This document shows positions 9,265 to 18,704 of a stretch of DNA of 64,000 nt, piece by piece. The notes beneath the pieces are model-generated. The model did no database searches. It had not been told where the DNA came from and saw nothing but the letters and a program-made list of their open reading frames with translations. A program made the position numbers and the translations under genes. Source of the stretch: a candidate division WOR-3 bacterium (GTDB lineage Bacteria > Hydrothermota > Tepidihabitantia > SM23-42 > JAOAFX01). The number at the start of each line of letters is the position of its first letter. Position 1 is the stretch's first letter. The DNA is taken from contig CBFGJP010000001.1 of NCBI GenBank assembly GCA_965649105.1, positions 14,464 to 78,463 on the forward strand, read 5' to 3'.

Positions 9265-10419
9265 TTACTCTACTATAATGCCAAATGTTTCGGTCTCTGT
9301 CACATCGGTGATTTCAACGGTCTTCAACTCTCTCTCCATACAGGTTTGGCTGATATTAACCCTTATGTAATTATCGGTCAAACCTTTAATCGTCCCTCTT
9401 TTCTTTTCAATGATAACACCAATCTTTTTACCCATAAGTGTCTGCCGGAATTTATAATTTTTTTCAATGATAAATTTTTTAAGCATCCAGAATCTTTTTT
9501 TCTTTTCTGCGAGATTCACCGGGTCACCAAATTCATAAGCCTTGGTTATATTTCTTGGTGAATAAGTAAAAATATGAAGGTGAGTTATGGGTGAATTGGT
9601 GATTAGATCATAGGTGTTTTTGAATTCTATTTCTTTCTCTCCAGGGAAACCAACGATGACATCCGCTCCGATTGCAACATCAGAAAAATTTTTTGTAAGA
9701 AGTTCAAAGATATTCTTAAGATGATTAGAATCATACTGGCGCCCCATTAGAGATAGAATTCTATCATCCCCGCTCTGGATGGGAATATGAAAATGTCTGC
9801 AAACGGGCAAATCCTTAAGACAGGAGAGCAATTCTCTGTTTATGAAATTCGGTTCAAGAGAGGACAATCTTAACCGCGGCAGGTTTGGTGAATTTGCTAA
9901 TCCTTTAAAAAGCTCCATTAACGAAGCACCGATATCCATACCATAAAGCCCGATATTTGCACCAACCAGCACAATTTCATTAAAACCCAGGCTCTTTGCC
10001 CATTCAATCTCTTTTTTGATTAAATCTATAGATTTACTTATGATTTTTTTTCGCAACTTTGACACTACACAGAATGTGCAAGGTTGATTGCAACCGTCCT
10101 CAATCTTTAAAAAATAGCGGGATTTTTTTGGTGCCGGGTATATACCTTCAATAATCTTGTTCCGTTCTTCGTTATCAATCTTTTCATACCCTGCAAAGAG
10201 TTCGGGTTTAAATTGTACCAGACATCCGGTTATAATTATCTTTTTATCTGAGAAATCCCGCTGTGCCTGTCTGAATTTTTTCAGGGATTTTACTTCTGCC
10301 TCATGGGTAACACAACAGGTATTGACAATGACAACATCGTCATCTTTGTGATATTTTTCGGAGAGACAATAGCCTTCGTATTGATTCAGTTTGCAACCGA
10401 CATTGAATAGAATTGCCAA
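9265..10419 (-). CDS. mtaB: MtaB-like tRNA methylthiotransferase (radical SAM MTTase paralog)
   Basis: N-terminal VGCKLNQYE (MtaB-type signature). Radical SAM CTFCVVSKLRK. TRAM-like C-terminus. Directly abuts miaB. Confidence 0.65.
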   Translation of the reverse strand: MAILFNVGCKLNQYEGYCLSEKYHKDDDVVIVNTCCVTHEAEVKSLKKFRQAQRDFSDKKIIITGCLVQFKPELFAGYEKIDNEERNKIIEGIYPAPKKSRYFLKIEDGCNQPCTFCVVSKLRKKIISKSIDLIKKEIEWAKSLGFNEIVLVGANIGLYGMDIGASLMELFKGLANSPNLPRLRLSSLEPNFINRELLSCLKDLPVCRHFHIPIQSGDDRILSLMGRQYDSNHLKNIFELLTKNFSDVAIGADVIVGFPGEKEIEFKNTYDLITNSPITHLHIFTYSPRNITKAYEFGDPVNLAEKKKRFWMLKKFIIEKNYKFRQTLMGKKIGVIIEKKRGTIKGLTDNYIRVNISQTCMERELKTVEITDVTETETFGIIVE

Positions 10420-10437
10420 ATTTTTGCCTGGCTTAGA

Positions 10438-12117
10438 TTATTCTTTCTCTTTTTTTATGATTTCTTTGGTCTTTTCACCTATTATATCACCGATGGTGAT
10501 TTTATCAGCGGCGGGCTTAATTTCTTCTTTTTCTTTTTTCTTTGCCGGAGCTCTGCCAAATCCTTTCTCGGCTAAAATTATCCTTCTCAGTTTTGTATTG
10601 TATTTTCTAACAATAAGTTGGAGTTCTTCATCAATCTTGTATAAATCTTTCAGGTTTTTGCCCTTTCTTTCCAAATATTTTGAAGGAATAAATTCCTCAA
10701 AATTACCTTCCAGAACAACGCGTAGCCCTTTGGGCAGAATATCACTAATCTTTCCAATAATTTCTGAATTATCCGGATACTTTTCCATCAATTTCACAAA
10801 CGGGTCTTCCTGGAGATGTTTTATACTCAAGGAGATTTTTCTATTCTTGCGGTCTATAGAACGGATAACTGCCTCAATCTTCTGTCCTTTCTTGAAATAA
10901 TCCGAGGCCTTCTTCACTTTTTTATCCCAGAAAAAGTCGTTGACATGAATCAAACCATCAAGGCCATCAGGCAAACGCACAAATGCTCCAAAGTCCTTCA
11001 GATTTGTTATTTTAACCGTCACTTTCTGACCAATCTGGTACTTCTCGTCAACAACTGACCAGGGGTCAGGCTGAGTTTGCTTCATTCCAAGATAGATTTT
11101 CCGTTCATCGCGGTCAACAGAAAGAACGACTGCATCAATAACATCGCCTAACTTTACCAAAGCATTAGGGTCTTTTATATCTTTTGACCAGGTCATGTCA
11201 GAAACATGGACAAAACCCTGTATGTCTTTCTCAAGTTCAATGAATGCCCCATAATCAACTATATTAACGACTTTACCTTTAATCTTGGTTCCTGGTGGAT
11301 ACTTTTTCTCAATCGCTTCCCACGGGTGAGGCAATAGTTGTTTCAAACCAACGGATACCCTTCCCGATGCCTTGTCTAAAGAAAGTACCTTTACCTTTAA
11401 TTTATCATTTATTTTTAAAACCTCGCCAGGATGCGTCAGTTTTGTCCAGGAAATATCGCTTATGTGTAGCAGGGCATCAATTCCACCGATATCGATGAAT
11501 GCACCGTAATCAGCAATGTTCCGCACCGTTCCTTCAATAATATCGCCCACTTTTATCTTGCCGAATATTCTTTTTCTCACCTCTTCCTGCTCTGCCTCAA
11601 CAGCGAGTTTCCTTGAAACAACAATGTTTTTTCTCAACATATTTATCTTGACGATCTTCACCCCGAATGTCTGCCCGATGAGTGCATCTGGATTGGTCTG
11701 AGGTTTGAAATCAATCTGAGAACTCGGCAGGAAGGCATCAACACCTAAAAGATCAATTGTAAAACCACCCTTTATTCTTTTACGTATCGTTGCCTCCGCT
11801 ATCTCACCATTTTCATAAATGTGCTTTATCTTGTCCCATGCTAATTGAAAATCTGCTTTTTTCTTTGAAATAACAGGGAACCCTTCCCGATTTTCAAAAG
11901 CCTCAAGAAAAACATATACTTCTTTACCTTCAACTGCATCATCAGGATTTGAAAATTCCTCATACGGCAAAAAGCCTTCTGCCTTTAAACCAAGATTAAC
12001 AAGAACACCATTTTTGGTGCGCTTAATTATGGTTGCCTTTATAATGTCACCTTCCTGATGGGTGACATAACTTTCTTCAAGTAACTTATTCAATTCGTCA
12101 TGAGAATGACCATTCAT
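10438..12117 (-). CDS. rpsA: 30S ribosomal protein S1
   Basis: 559 aa with repeated S1 domains (G.V.G.V..I..FGAFV... pattern). Confidence 0.85.
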   Translation of the reverse strand: MNGHSHDELNKLLEESYVTHQEGDIIKATIIKRTKNGVLVNLGLKAEGFLPYEEFSNPDDAVEGKEVYVFLEAFENREGFPVISKKKADFQLAWDKIKHIYENGEIAEATIRKRIKGGFTIDLLGVDAFLPSSQIDFKPQTNPDALIGQTFGVKIVKINMLRKNIVVSRKLAVEAEQEEVRKRIFGKIKVGDIIEGTVRNIADYGAFIDIGGIDALLHISDISWTKLTHPGEVLKINDKLKVKVLSLDKASGRVSVGLKQLLPHPWEAIEKKYPPGTKIKGKVVNIVDYGAFIELEKDIQGFVHVSDMTWSKDIKDPNALVKLGDVIDAVVLSVDRDERKIYLGMKQTQPDPWSVVDEKYQIGQKVTVKITNLKDFGAFVRLPDGLDGLIHVNDFFWDKKVKKASDYFKKGQKIEAVIRSIDRKNRKISLSIKHLQEDPFVKLMEKYPDNSEIIGKISDILPKGLRVVLEGNFEEFIPSKYLERKGKNLKDLYKIDEELQLIVRKYNTKLRRIILAEKGFGRAPAKKKEKEEIKPAADKITIGDIIGEKTKEIIKKEKE

Positions 12118-12174
12118 TATAGATAAAACCTCCCTGGAATGTTTTTACCATTCCGGAATAATTATATCTGATTT

Positions 12175-14310
12175 TTACACTTTGTCAATCCGTAATGAGA
12201 GTTGAAATAATCCGAGACCCACGATAAAATTCAGGATTATAAATAAAACAGAAGTATATAATATCCCAAGTATTGGGATGAAAATCAAGGCAGTAATCAA
12301 TGCCCCGAAACTTGCGCCCAAAAGATCAATCCCATAAAGGATACCCGACTTTTTTTCAAAAAATATGTCTATTACCAATGGGAAATGTAAACCATTTAAA
12401 AATCCCCCGGCTAATAAAAGAATGGCAATGATATAATTTATAAACTCCACCTTCGTAAAAGTACAAATAAAAATTATTAAAAAATAAATGCCTATGGTTA
12501 TTTGAATAGTCGATAAAAAGTTCAGCTTTTTCTGAAGGGTATCTATTTTTCTAAATATTCTCATCTTAATAAAAAACAAAGTTCCCATTGCAAGTCCCAG
12601 CATGAATAAACCTATAATAATACCTATCCAGTTATAAACATATCCATAAAATACTTGAAAGAGAATCAAAAGTACTATCTCAGATGAAATGCCTGCGACA
12701 CCGGTGGTAAATATTGAGAGATAAATAAGCGTTTTGCGATACCAGCAGAAAAGAATGGGAATCAATATTAATAAAAATAAACCCGGATGCATATTGAAGA
12801 GTTTTAAAAATAATTTTTTAACAAATCCTGAAGAAATACTACCCCATAGTAGCACATTGAAATAATAACATACAGGCTTTAAATCGTTGTTAATATAAGA
12901 CTTCGTTCTTTCGATACACTGCTTTATATATCCAATTTTTTCCTCAGTAAGATTGTAATCAAAAAAATAGTTATTTACGTAAAGAAGATTAAGATTTCTG
13001 TCCCTGATATTTTTCTTCAAAATTTCTCTAATTCCAACTTCAATTTCGTAGTCCAGTCCAATATATGTGGCTTTTGATAACGGTAATACATAAACTTTTT
13101 TGAAAACCCTTTCCAATGTATTCTTGATTGTGCCTAAAAATTGGCTATAAATCGGGCTGAAAATATCCGGTGTATAATTGACTCTAATACAGAATATCCC
13201 ACCCTGATTAAGCCTGCCTTTAGATTCCTGGAAGAATTCTAATGTATAATATCTATTAAGATTTGCATTTACCGGATCAGGCAGATTAATAATAATACAA
13301 TCAAATTTTTCTTTGGTATTTTTGATATAGTATCGACCATCGCCGATAATTACATTTAATCTATTATCAAAAATTTGAGAACCAATAAATTTTTTTGAGA
13401 TTTCAATAATCTTGGGATCGAGTTCCAGATAATTCAATTTCTGAATCGATGGATGTTTGAAAATCTCTTGTATGCCACCACCCAAACCACCGCCAATAAG
13501 CAGAACACTTTCAGGATTCTTGTGGATTAACAGCGGATAATGAACCGCCTCTTCCGAGGCATAAAAATCAGGGTACGCAAAGTCAAAAACGCCGTTTGAA
13601 TAAAAGTTGATCTGATCATCCGATTTTGTTAATGTGATATTTCCGTATTTTGATTCAAAGACACCAATAATATTTTGCCCCGGCATCTGCACTTTTTTTA
13701 ACTTAAACTCTATCGAGTTTATAGCCAGAAATAAAAATAAGGGAAGCACGGACAATAACAGGTAAATCTTTTTTCTAATACATAAATAACTGGCGAATAT
13801 TAATAACGAAATGAGCAAAATAAAGATACCCGATGGGGGGATGAAAGATAATAAAACGAAGGATAATATAATACCACCAAAAACAGCACCAAAACTTTCA
13901 AAAAAATACACCCTTTGTGGTCTTATAATTTCAGTAGCAGCAGGAAATAGGGCACCAAAGATGATACAGAGTGGACAAAGCGTAATAAACGCAATAATTA
14001 TTATCTTGTATAAATCAATAACCTCACCAAAGTTTATAGAGAAGATCGCAGGGGCATTCCTTATGAATATAAAAGAGCATACCAAAAACAGTGCGGTTAA
14101 AAAAATAAGATTTGCATAATTTCGCGCCGGGTTATCTCTTAAATTCAATTTTGAATATATGAAACTTCCCAACCCGGTCAACAAAAGCCAGAGAAATAGC
14201 ACAATACCTGAAATCAATTCATTGCCCGAAAAAAATGCGAGCATTTCGCGGATGATCATTGTTTGACTCATAACTGCCGCCATACCCGATATAAAAATTG
14301 CAATGTGCAC
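12175..14310 (-). CDS. fused polytopic-membrane / spermidine-synthase-like (polyamine aminopropyltransferase family) protein
   Basis: 711 aa. Multiple TM helices at both ends. Central PABS-like domain (LLIGGGLGGGIQEI...LELDPKII...GDGRYYI...DCIIINLPDP). Confidence 0.6.
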   Translation of the reverse strand: MHIAIFISGMAAVMSQTMIIREMLAFFSGNELISGIVLFLWLLLTGLGSFIYSKLNLRDNPARNYANLIFLTALFLVCSFIFIRNAPAIFSINFGEVIDLYKIIIIAFITLCPLCIIFGALFPAATEIIRPQRVYFFESFGAVFGGIILSFVLLSFIPPSGIFILLISLLIFASYLCIRKKIYLLLSVLPLFLFLAINSIEFKLKKVQMPGQNIIGVFESKYGNITLTKSDDQINFYSNGVFDFAYPDFYASEEAVHYPLLIHKNPESVLLIGGGLGGGIQEIFKHPSIQKLNYLELDPKIIEISKKFIGSQIFDNRLNVIIGDGRYYIKNTKEKFDCIIINLPDPVNANLNRYYTLEFFQESKGRLNQGGIFCIRVNYTPDIFSPIYSQFLGTIKNTLERVFKKVYVLPLSKATYIGLDYEIEVGIREILKKNIRDRNLNLLYVNNYFFDYNLTEEKIGYIKQCIERTKSYINNDLKPVCYYFNVLLWGSISSGFVKKLFLKLFNMHPGLFLLILIPILFCWYRKTLIYLSIFTTGVAGISSEIVLLILFQVFYGYVYNWIGIIIGLFMLGLAMGTLFFIKMRIFRKIDTLQKKLNFLSTIQITIGIYFLIIFICTFTKVEFINYIIAILLLAGGFLNGLHFPLVIDIFFEKKSGILYGIDLLGASFGALITALIFIPILGILYTSVLFIILNFIVGLGLFQLSLRIDKV

Positions 14311-14353
14311 TGAAAAGTATAATTAAAATTTTTTGATTGGCAATAAGATTTTC

Positions 14354-14381
14354 TTGACTCTACATTTTTTTTGCGTAAAAT
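14354..14381 (+). promoter_or_regulatory. promoter TTGACT-N16-TAAAAT upstream of the glutaredoxin-like gene / lar region
   Basis: TTGACT 14354..14359, TAAAAT 14376..14381, followed by AAGGAGG RBS and ATG at 14400. Confidence 0.55.
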
Positions 14382-14399
14382 AAAAAACAAGGAGGCCCA

Positions 14400-14666
14400 A
14401 TGAAAAAAATTTATATTTTTGGTCGACAAACCTGTCAGGTTTGTAAGGATACCTATGAGAAATTTTGTTATTTTAAAGAAAAAAAGGGGTTTAAGGCACC
14501 GATTGAATATATTGATATGGATACGGTTGATGGTATGGCAGAGGGTGCATTTTATGAAGTCGCTGACATTCCAACAATTATTATATTTGAAAACGATCAA
14601 GAAATTGTGCGTTGGTCAAAAAAACCACCGGTCAGTGAAGAATTTCTACCGTATTTGTTAAAATAA
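14400..14666 (+). CDS. glutaredoxin/thioredoxin-fold protein (CxxC)
   Basis: 88 aa. CQVC redox motif near N-terminus. NrdH/glutaredoxin-like size. Confidence 0.5.
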   Translation: MKKIYIFGRQTCQVCKDTYEKFCYFKEKKGFKAPIEYIDMDTVDGMAEGAFYEVADIPTIIIFENDQEIVRWSKKPPVSEEFLPYLLK

Positions 14667-14685
14667 ATTCTGTAATTTAAACTGT

Positions 14686-15489
14686 ATGGAAGAAATTCTC
14701 CAAGCAAAGCAGAAAAAGATTGAAAAGTTAAAAGAAATTTTAAAGAAATTTCCGGGCGTGGTAGTTGCCTTCTCTGGTGGTGTTGACTCAACATTTCTTT
14801 TAAAAATGGCGGTAGAAATATTTAAGGACCAAGTTATTGCAGTAACCGCCACTTCACCTCTTTATCCTGAAGCCGAAATCAAGCAGGCAAGAAAGATTGC
14901 AAAACTATTGAATGTTAAACATATCATCATCGGCTCAAATGAACTTATGAATAAGTATTTTAAAAATAATCCGGTCAATCGTTGCTTTCATTGCAAGGTT
15001 GGATTGTTTAAAAAATTAAAAAAAATTGCACAAAAATGTGGATTTATTGTTGTTGAGGCAAGTAATTATTCTGATCTCAATGATTTCAGACCCGGGCTAA
15101 AGGCAGTAAGAAAACTTGGTATCAAATCGCCATTGATAGAAGCGCGCTTGACAAAAGATGAAATAAGATATTTTGCCAGAATGTTTAAATTGCCGAACTG
15201 GAACAAACCTTCAATGGCTTGCCTTGCCTCAAGAATCCCTTACGGTGTAAAAATAAATAAAAAAATTCTAAAACGCATTGAGCGAGCGGAAGCATTTTTA
15301 AAAAAACTAAAGTTTTCTCAATGCCGGGTACGGGACTACTTTCCGATTGCCCGGATCGAAATCCTACCCAATGAATTTTCCCGAATACTTAAGGATAGAA
15401 CACAAATTATTAGATTTTTCAAAAGAATCGGCTACAAATATATTACACTCGATTTGGATGGCTATAAAACCGGCAGTATGAATTTATGA
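14686..15489 (+). CDS. larE: LarE-type PP-loop ATP pyrophosphatase (sulfur transferase of nickel-pincer cofactor biosynthesis)
   Basis: PP-loop AFSGGVDS. LarE-like blocks YRPGLKA, NWNK, CLASRIPYG (Cys at the sacrificial-Cys position) and YITLDLDGYKTGSMN (cf. YVTLDLGGFRSGRMN). Extra CxxC (NRCFHCK). Confidence 0.7.
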   Translation: MEEILQAKQKKIEKLKEILKKFPGVVVAFSGGVDSTFLLKMAVEIFKDQVIAVTATSPLYPEAEIKQARKIAKLLNVKHIIIGSNELMNKYFKNNPVNRCFHCKVGLFKKLKKIAQKCGFIVVEASNYSDLNDFRPGLKAVRKLGIKSPLIEARLTKDEIRYFARMFKLPNWNKPSMACLASRIPYGVKINKKILKRIERAEAFLKKLKFSQCRVRDYFPIARIEILPNEFSRILKDRTQIIRFFKRIGYKYITLDLDGYKTGSMNL

Positions 15490-16574
15490 ACTCCTTGAAA
15501 ACCATAGCCAAGACATTTTTCAAAATCGGACTCCTTGGTTTTGGTGGTGGTCCCGGGATGCTTGCGCTATTAAGGTCTGAATGTGTTAGAAAAAAGAAAC
15601 TCATCTGTGATGACGAATTAACAACCGCGGTCGCCATCGGACAGATGCTTCCCGGTCCATTTGTCCCTAATTATTGTGAATATATCGGATATTGTCTTTC
15701 GGGTTTGAAGGGTGCGATTGTAGCGGGAATTTCTTTGCTCCTCCCATCTTTTATTATTATGCTTATTCTCTCTTATCTCTATTTTGCCTTCCACACACTT
15801 CCGGCAATCAATCAAATATTCAAGGGCGTTGGCGCTGTAATGACAGCAATAATTCTCTGGTCCGGAATTGATATGGGACGGTTGATAATTAACAAGGTCA
15901 ACCGGGTTATTATATTTATTTTTGCCTTTATCCTTTTTCTAATTAGATTTGATCCGGTACTCGTCGTGCTTTTTGCGGGTGGTTTGAATATAATACTTGA
16001 GCATATCAAATCCCCAAAAATTTTTCTTTCCGTACCGATTTTTTTATTTGATATTAAAAAGGCATTTGAATTATTCGGTATCTTTTTAAAAATCGGCGCA
16101 GTGATCTTTGGTGGGGGTTATGCGGCTATTCCATTTATTCAGAATGAAGTTTGCATTTACCGTGACTGGCTTACAACAAGAGAATTCTTTGATGGCTTTG
16201 CACTCGGACAAATAACACCCGGACCGGTGGCGATCACGGCAACTTTCGTTGGCTTCAAAGTCATGGGAATCTTCGGTGCATTGATTTCTACAATTGGAAT
16301 CTTTCTACCATCATTTCTCATGCTCATCATATTAATAAAAATTTACAAAATAATTGAGCAAAACTGTTATGTCCAATCGTTTCTAAATGGAATAAAATCC
16401 GCGGTCGTTGCCGTCTTGCTATCTACCGGGGTTATATTCATTCCGATGCATTGGTTTAATATAGCATATGGATTCTTTGGTATTTTATGCTTGATTATTT
16501 TAGTCACCGTAAAAAAATTAGACCCTTTTATACTCGTCGTTACCGGCATTATCTTTGGGATAATAAAAGGATAG
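15486..16574 (+). CDS. chrA: ChrA-family (chromate ion transporter, CHR) two-domain membrane protein
   Basis: 362 aa. Two CHR repeats, each with GxxxFGGG signature (KIGLLGFGGGPGM and LKIGAVIFGGGYAAIP). Start overlaps larE stop. Confidence 0.65.
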   Translation: MNSLKTIAKTFFKIGLLGFGGGPGMLALLRSECVRKKKLICDDELTTAVAIGQMLPGPFVPNYCEYIGYCLSGLKGAIVAGISLLLPSFIIMLILSYLYFAFHTLPAINQIFKGVGAVMTAIILWSGIDMGRLIINKVNRVIIFIFAFILFLIRFDPVLVVLFAGGLNIILEHIKSPKIFLSVPIFLFDIKKAFELFGIFLKIGAVIFGGGYAAIPFIQNEVCIYRDWLTTREFFDGFALGQITPGPVAITATFVGFKVMGIFGALISTIGIFLPSFLMLIILIKIYKIIEQNCYVQSFLNGIKSAVVAVLLSTGVIFIPMHWFNIAYGFFGILCLIILVTVKKLDPFILVVTGIIFGIIKG

Positions 16575-16593
16575 ATATCCAAACTGCTCCTGG

Positions 16594-16621
16594 ACTTGAC
16601 TTTTATTGTATTTTAACTAAA
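16594..16621 (+). promoter_or_regulatory. promoter TTGACT-N16-TAAAAT upstream of bioY-like gene
   Basis: TTGACT 16594..16599, TAAAAT 16616..16621, then GGAGG RBS and ATG 16639. Confidence 0.55.
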
Positions 16622-16638
16622 ATATTTCAGGAGGTGCA

Positions 16639-17220
16639 ATGAATATCACTAAGACAATTGATTTGTTCAATTATGGAAAAATATTATATTTTGAGTGGTT
16701 AAAAGAGTTACATTGGATCAAAAAATTAGGTCTATCTTTGTTATTTGCTTTGGCTACGGGAATCTTTGCACAAATTAGAATACCGCTCGGATTCACACCG
16801 GTTCCCGTAACGGGACAGGTATTTGTAGTGTTGTTAAGCGGGGTGTTTCTGGGTGGATTTTATGCGGGTATGAGTATGATTTTTTATATAACTCTTGGGG
16901 CAATTGGAATTCCATGGTTCGCGGGATTTCGTGCTGGATTAAATCCTGGTTACACTCTGGGTTATCTTTTAGGATTTATTCCTGCTGCAATCTTTATTGG
17001 ACTGTTTGTTCATAGACATAAAGGTTTTTTCAACCAAATTTTGATAATGATGTTTGGTGTATCAGTAATCTATTTTGTTGGTGCCCTTAATTTTGCCTTT
17101 CTACTCCGGACAAATTTTTTAATAACAATGAAATTGGCTGTCTTACCATTTATACCATTTGATATTATAAAGGCATTGGTCGCTGGGGTTTTATCGCGGG
17201 TGATCATTCCTAATGATTGA
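16639..17220 (+). CDS. bioY: BioY-family S-component membrane transporter
   Basis: 193 aa. TPVPVTGQVF signature (BioY PVP(I/V)T.Q). 5-6 TM helices. Confidence 0.65.
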   Translation: MNITKTIDLFNYGKILYFEWLKELHWIKKLGLSLLFALATGIFAQIRIPLGFTPVPVTGQVFVVLLSGVFLGGFYAGMSMIFYITLGAIGIPWFAGFRAGLNPGYTLGYLLGFIPAAIFIGLFVHRHKGFFNQILIMMFGVSVIYFVGALNFAFLLRTNFLITMKLAVLPFIPFDIIKALVAGVLSRVIIPND

Positions 17221-17235
17221 AGTTTTGATTGCTAT

Positions 17236-18690
17236 ATGTTTAAAATTATTACTAAAATTTTTCTGACAGGAGTTTTAATTATGACACAGAACTGTAATGG
17301 TGGAGAGTATCGCGAATCAATCCATGCTGGCTCCTGGTATCCGGGCAGGGAAAAAGACCTTCAAGAGGTGATAAAGACCTATCTCAAAAATGCCCGAACA
17401 AAGATTTCGGGTGAAATATACGGACTTGTTTCACCTCATGCCGGTTATATGTATTCAGGACCATTTGCAGCATTCTCATATAAACTATTGGAAAATAAAG
17501 AATTTGATGATGTGATAGTAATAGGTCCGAGTCACCGGTATGGATTTTATGGCGTTTCTGTTGATAAAATGGCGGGCAGGAAGACGCCTTTAGGCAAGGT
17601 AGATTTTGATACAGACCTTGCGGATAAAATAATCAAGCAAAACTCAAAGATTATAAAATACGAACCGATGGCACACATTGAAGAGCATTCTGTTGAAATA
17701 CAGATACCATTCCTCCAGATGGTTTTGAAGAAATTCAAACTTATTGAGATTGTTATGGGATCTCATGATTATAAAACCTGTGGTGTACTTGCTGATGCCA
17801 TTGTAAATGCAGCAAAAGATAAGAAATTTTTAATCATTGCGAGTTCCGACCTATCCCATTATCATAATCAGGAGACCGCGGAAAAACTTGATAATCTTGT
17901 GATTGATGCTATAGAAAAATTTGACCCGGAACTTTTATATAAAAGGCTCTCTTCGGACAGTTGCGAGGCATGTGGAGGTGCACCGATAATCACTGCAATG
18001 CTCGTAGTGAAGAAATTAGGTGCAGACAAGGCAAAGGTTTTGATTTATGGAACGAGTGGAAATATCACCGGTGATTATGCTCAGGTCGTTGGTTATCTTT
18101 CAGCAGTTTTTTTTAAGGGAAATGAGCAGAAACATGAAAAAGTTGGGGTTGATCTTGGTTTTAATGAAGAAGAAAAGAAGGTATTAAAGGATATCGCAAG
18201 AAAGACTATCGAAGCGGTGGTTCAAGGTAAAAAAGTTCCTGAGTTTAAAGATGTACCTGAAAAACTGAAAGAACCCTATGGTGTATTTGTGACGCTTACC
18301 AAACACGGAAATTTAAGAGGATGTATCGGTCATATCATTGCGGATGAGCCCCTTTATAAAACATGTGCTGAGATGGCAAAAGCTGCCGCACTCCACGACC
18401 CGCGGTTCAATCCTGTAAATGAAAAAGAACTTCCCGAGATCGAGATTGAGATCTCCGTTCTTACTCCGATGGAGAAAGTTAAGGATTTCAATGATATTGT
18501 TATTGGCAGAGATGGATTGTTTGTTCGTAGAGGCTATTATAGTGGCCTGCTTTTACCCCAGGTGGCAACTGAGTATGGGTGGACTGTTGAGGAATTTTTA
18601 GAACAGACCTGTATGAAGGCCGGGCTTCCCGAAGATGCTTACAAATTGAAGGATACCGAGGTTTATAAATTCTCAGCCCAGATATTTTAG
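17236..18690 (+). CDS. fusion protein: Memo1-like (AmmeMemoRadiSam system protein B) N-terminal domain + AMMECR1 (system protein A) C-terminal domain
   Basis: N-terminal domain has AGSWYPG and VSPHAGYMYSG motifs of the MEMO1/extradiol-dioxygenase-like family. C-terminal about 180 aa has AMMECR1 hallmarks (GVFVTLTKHGNLRGCIGHI ... LLPQVA). Confidence 0.65.
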   Translation: MFKIITKIFLTGVLIMTQNCNGGEYRESIHAGSWYPGREKDLQEVIKTYLKNARTKISGEIYGLVSPHAGYMYSGPFAAFSYKLLENKEFDDVIVIGPSHRYGFYGVSVDKMAGRKTPLGKVDFDTDLADKIIKQNSKIIKYEPMAHIEEHSVEIQIPFLQMVLKKFKLIEIVMGSHDYKTCGVLADAIVNAAKDKKFLIIASSDLSHYHNQETAEKLDNLVIDAIEKFDPELLYKRLSSDSCEACGGAPIITAMLVVKKLGADKAKVLIYGTSGNITGDYAQVVGYLSAVFFKGNEQKHEKVGVDLGFNEEEKKVLKDIARKTIEAVVQGKKVPEFKDVPEKLKEPYGVFVTLTKHGNLRGCIGHIIADEPLYKTCAEMAKAAALHDPRFNPVNEKELPEIEIEISVLTPMEKVKDFNDIVIGRDGLFVRRGYYSGLLLPQVATEYGWTVEEFLEQTCMKAGLPEDAYKLKDTEVYKFSAQIF

Positions 18691-18704
18691 TTAGGAGCGA
18701 TAAC

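Noticed and set aside
7987-10419. MiaB/MtaB radical SAM genes as the missing AmmeMemoRadiSam radical SAM partner
   Set aside because: They have the UPF0004 N-domain plus TRAM architecture and subfamily signatures of methylthiotransferases, not the TIGR04337-type enzyme.
13811-14119. 102-aa plus-strand ORF
   Set aside because: Antisense to the membrane/spermidine-synthase fusion gene. No independent support.
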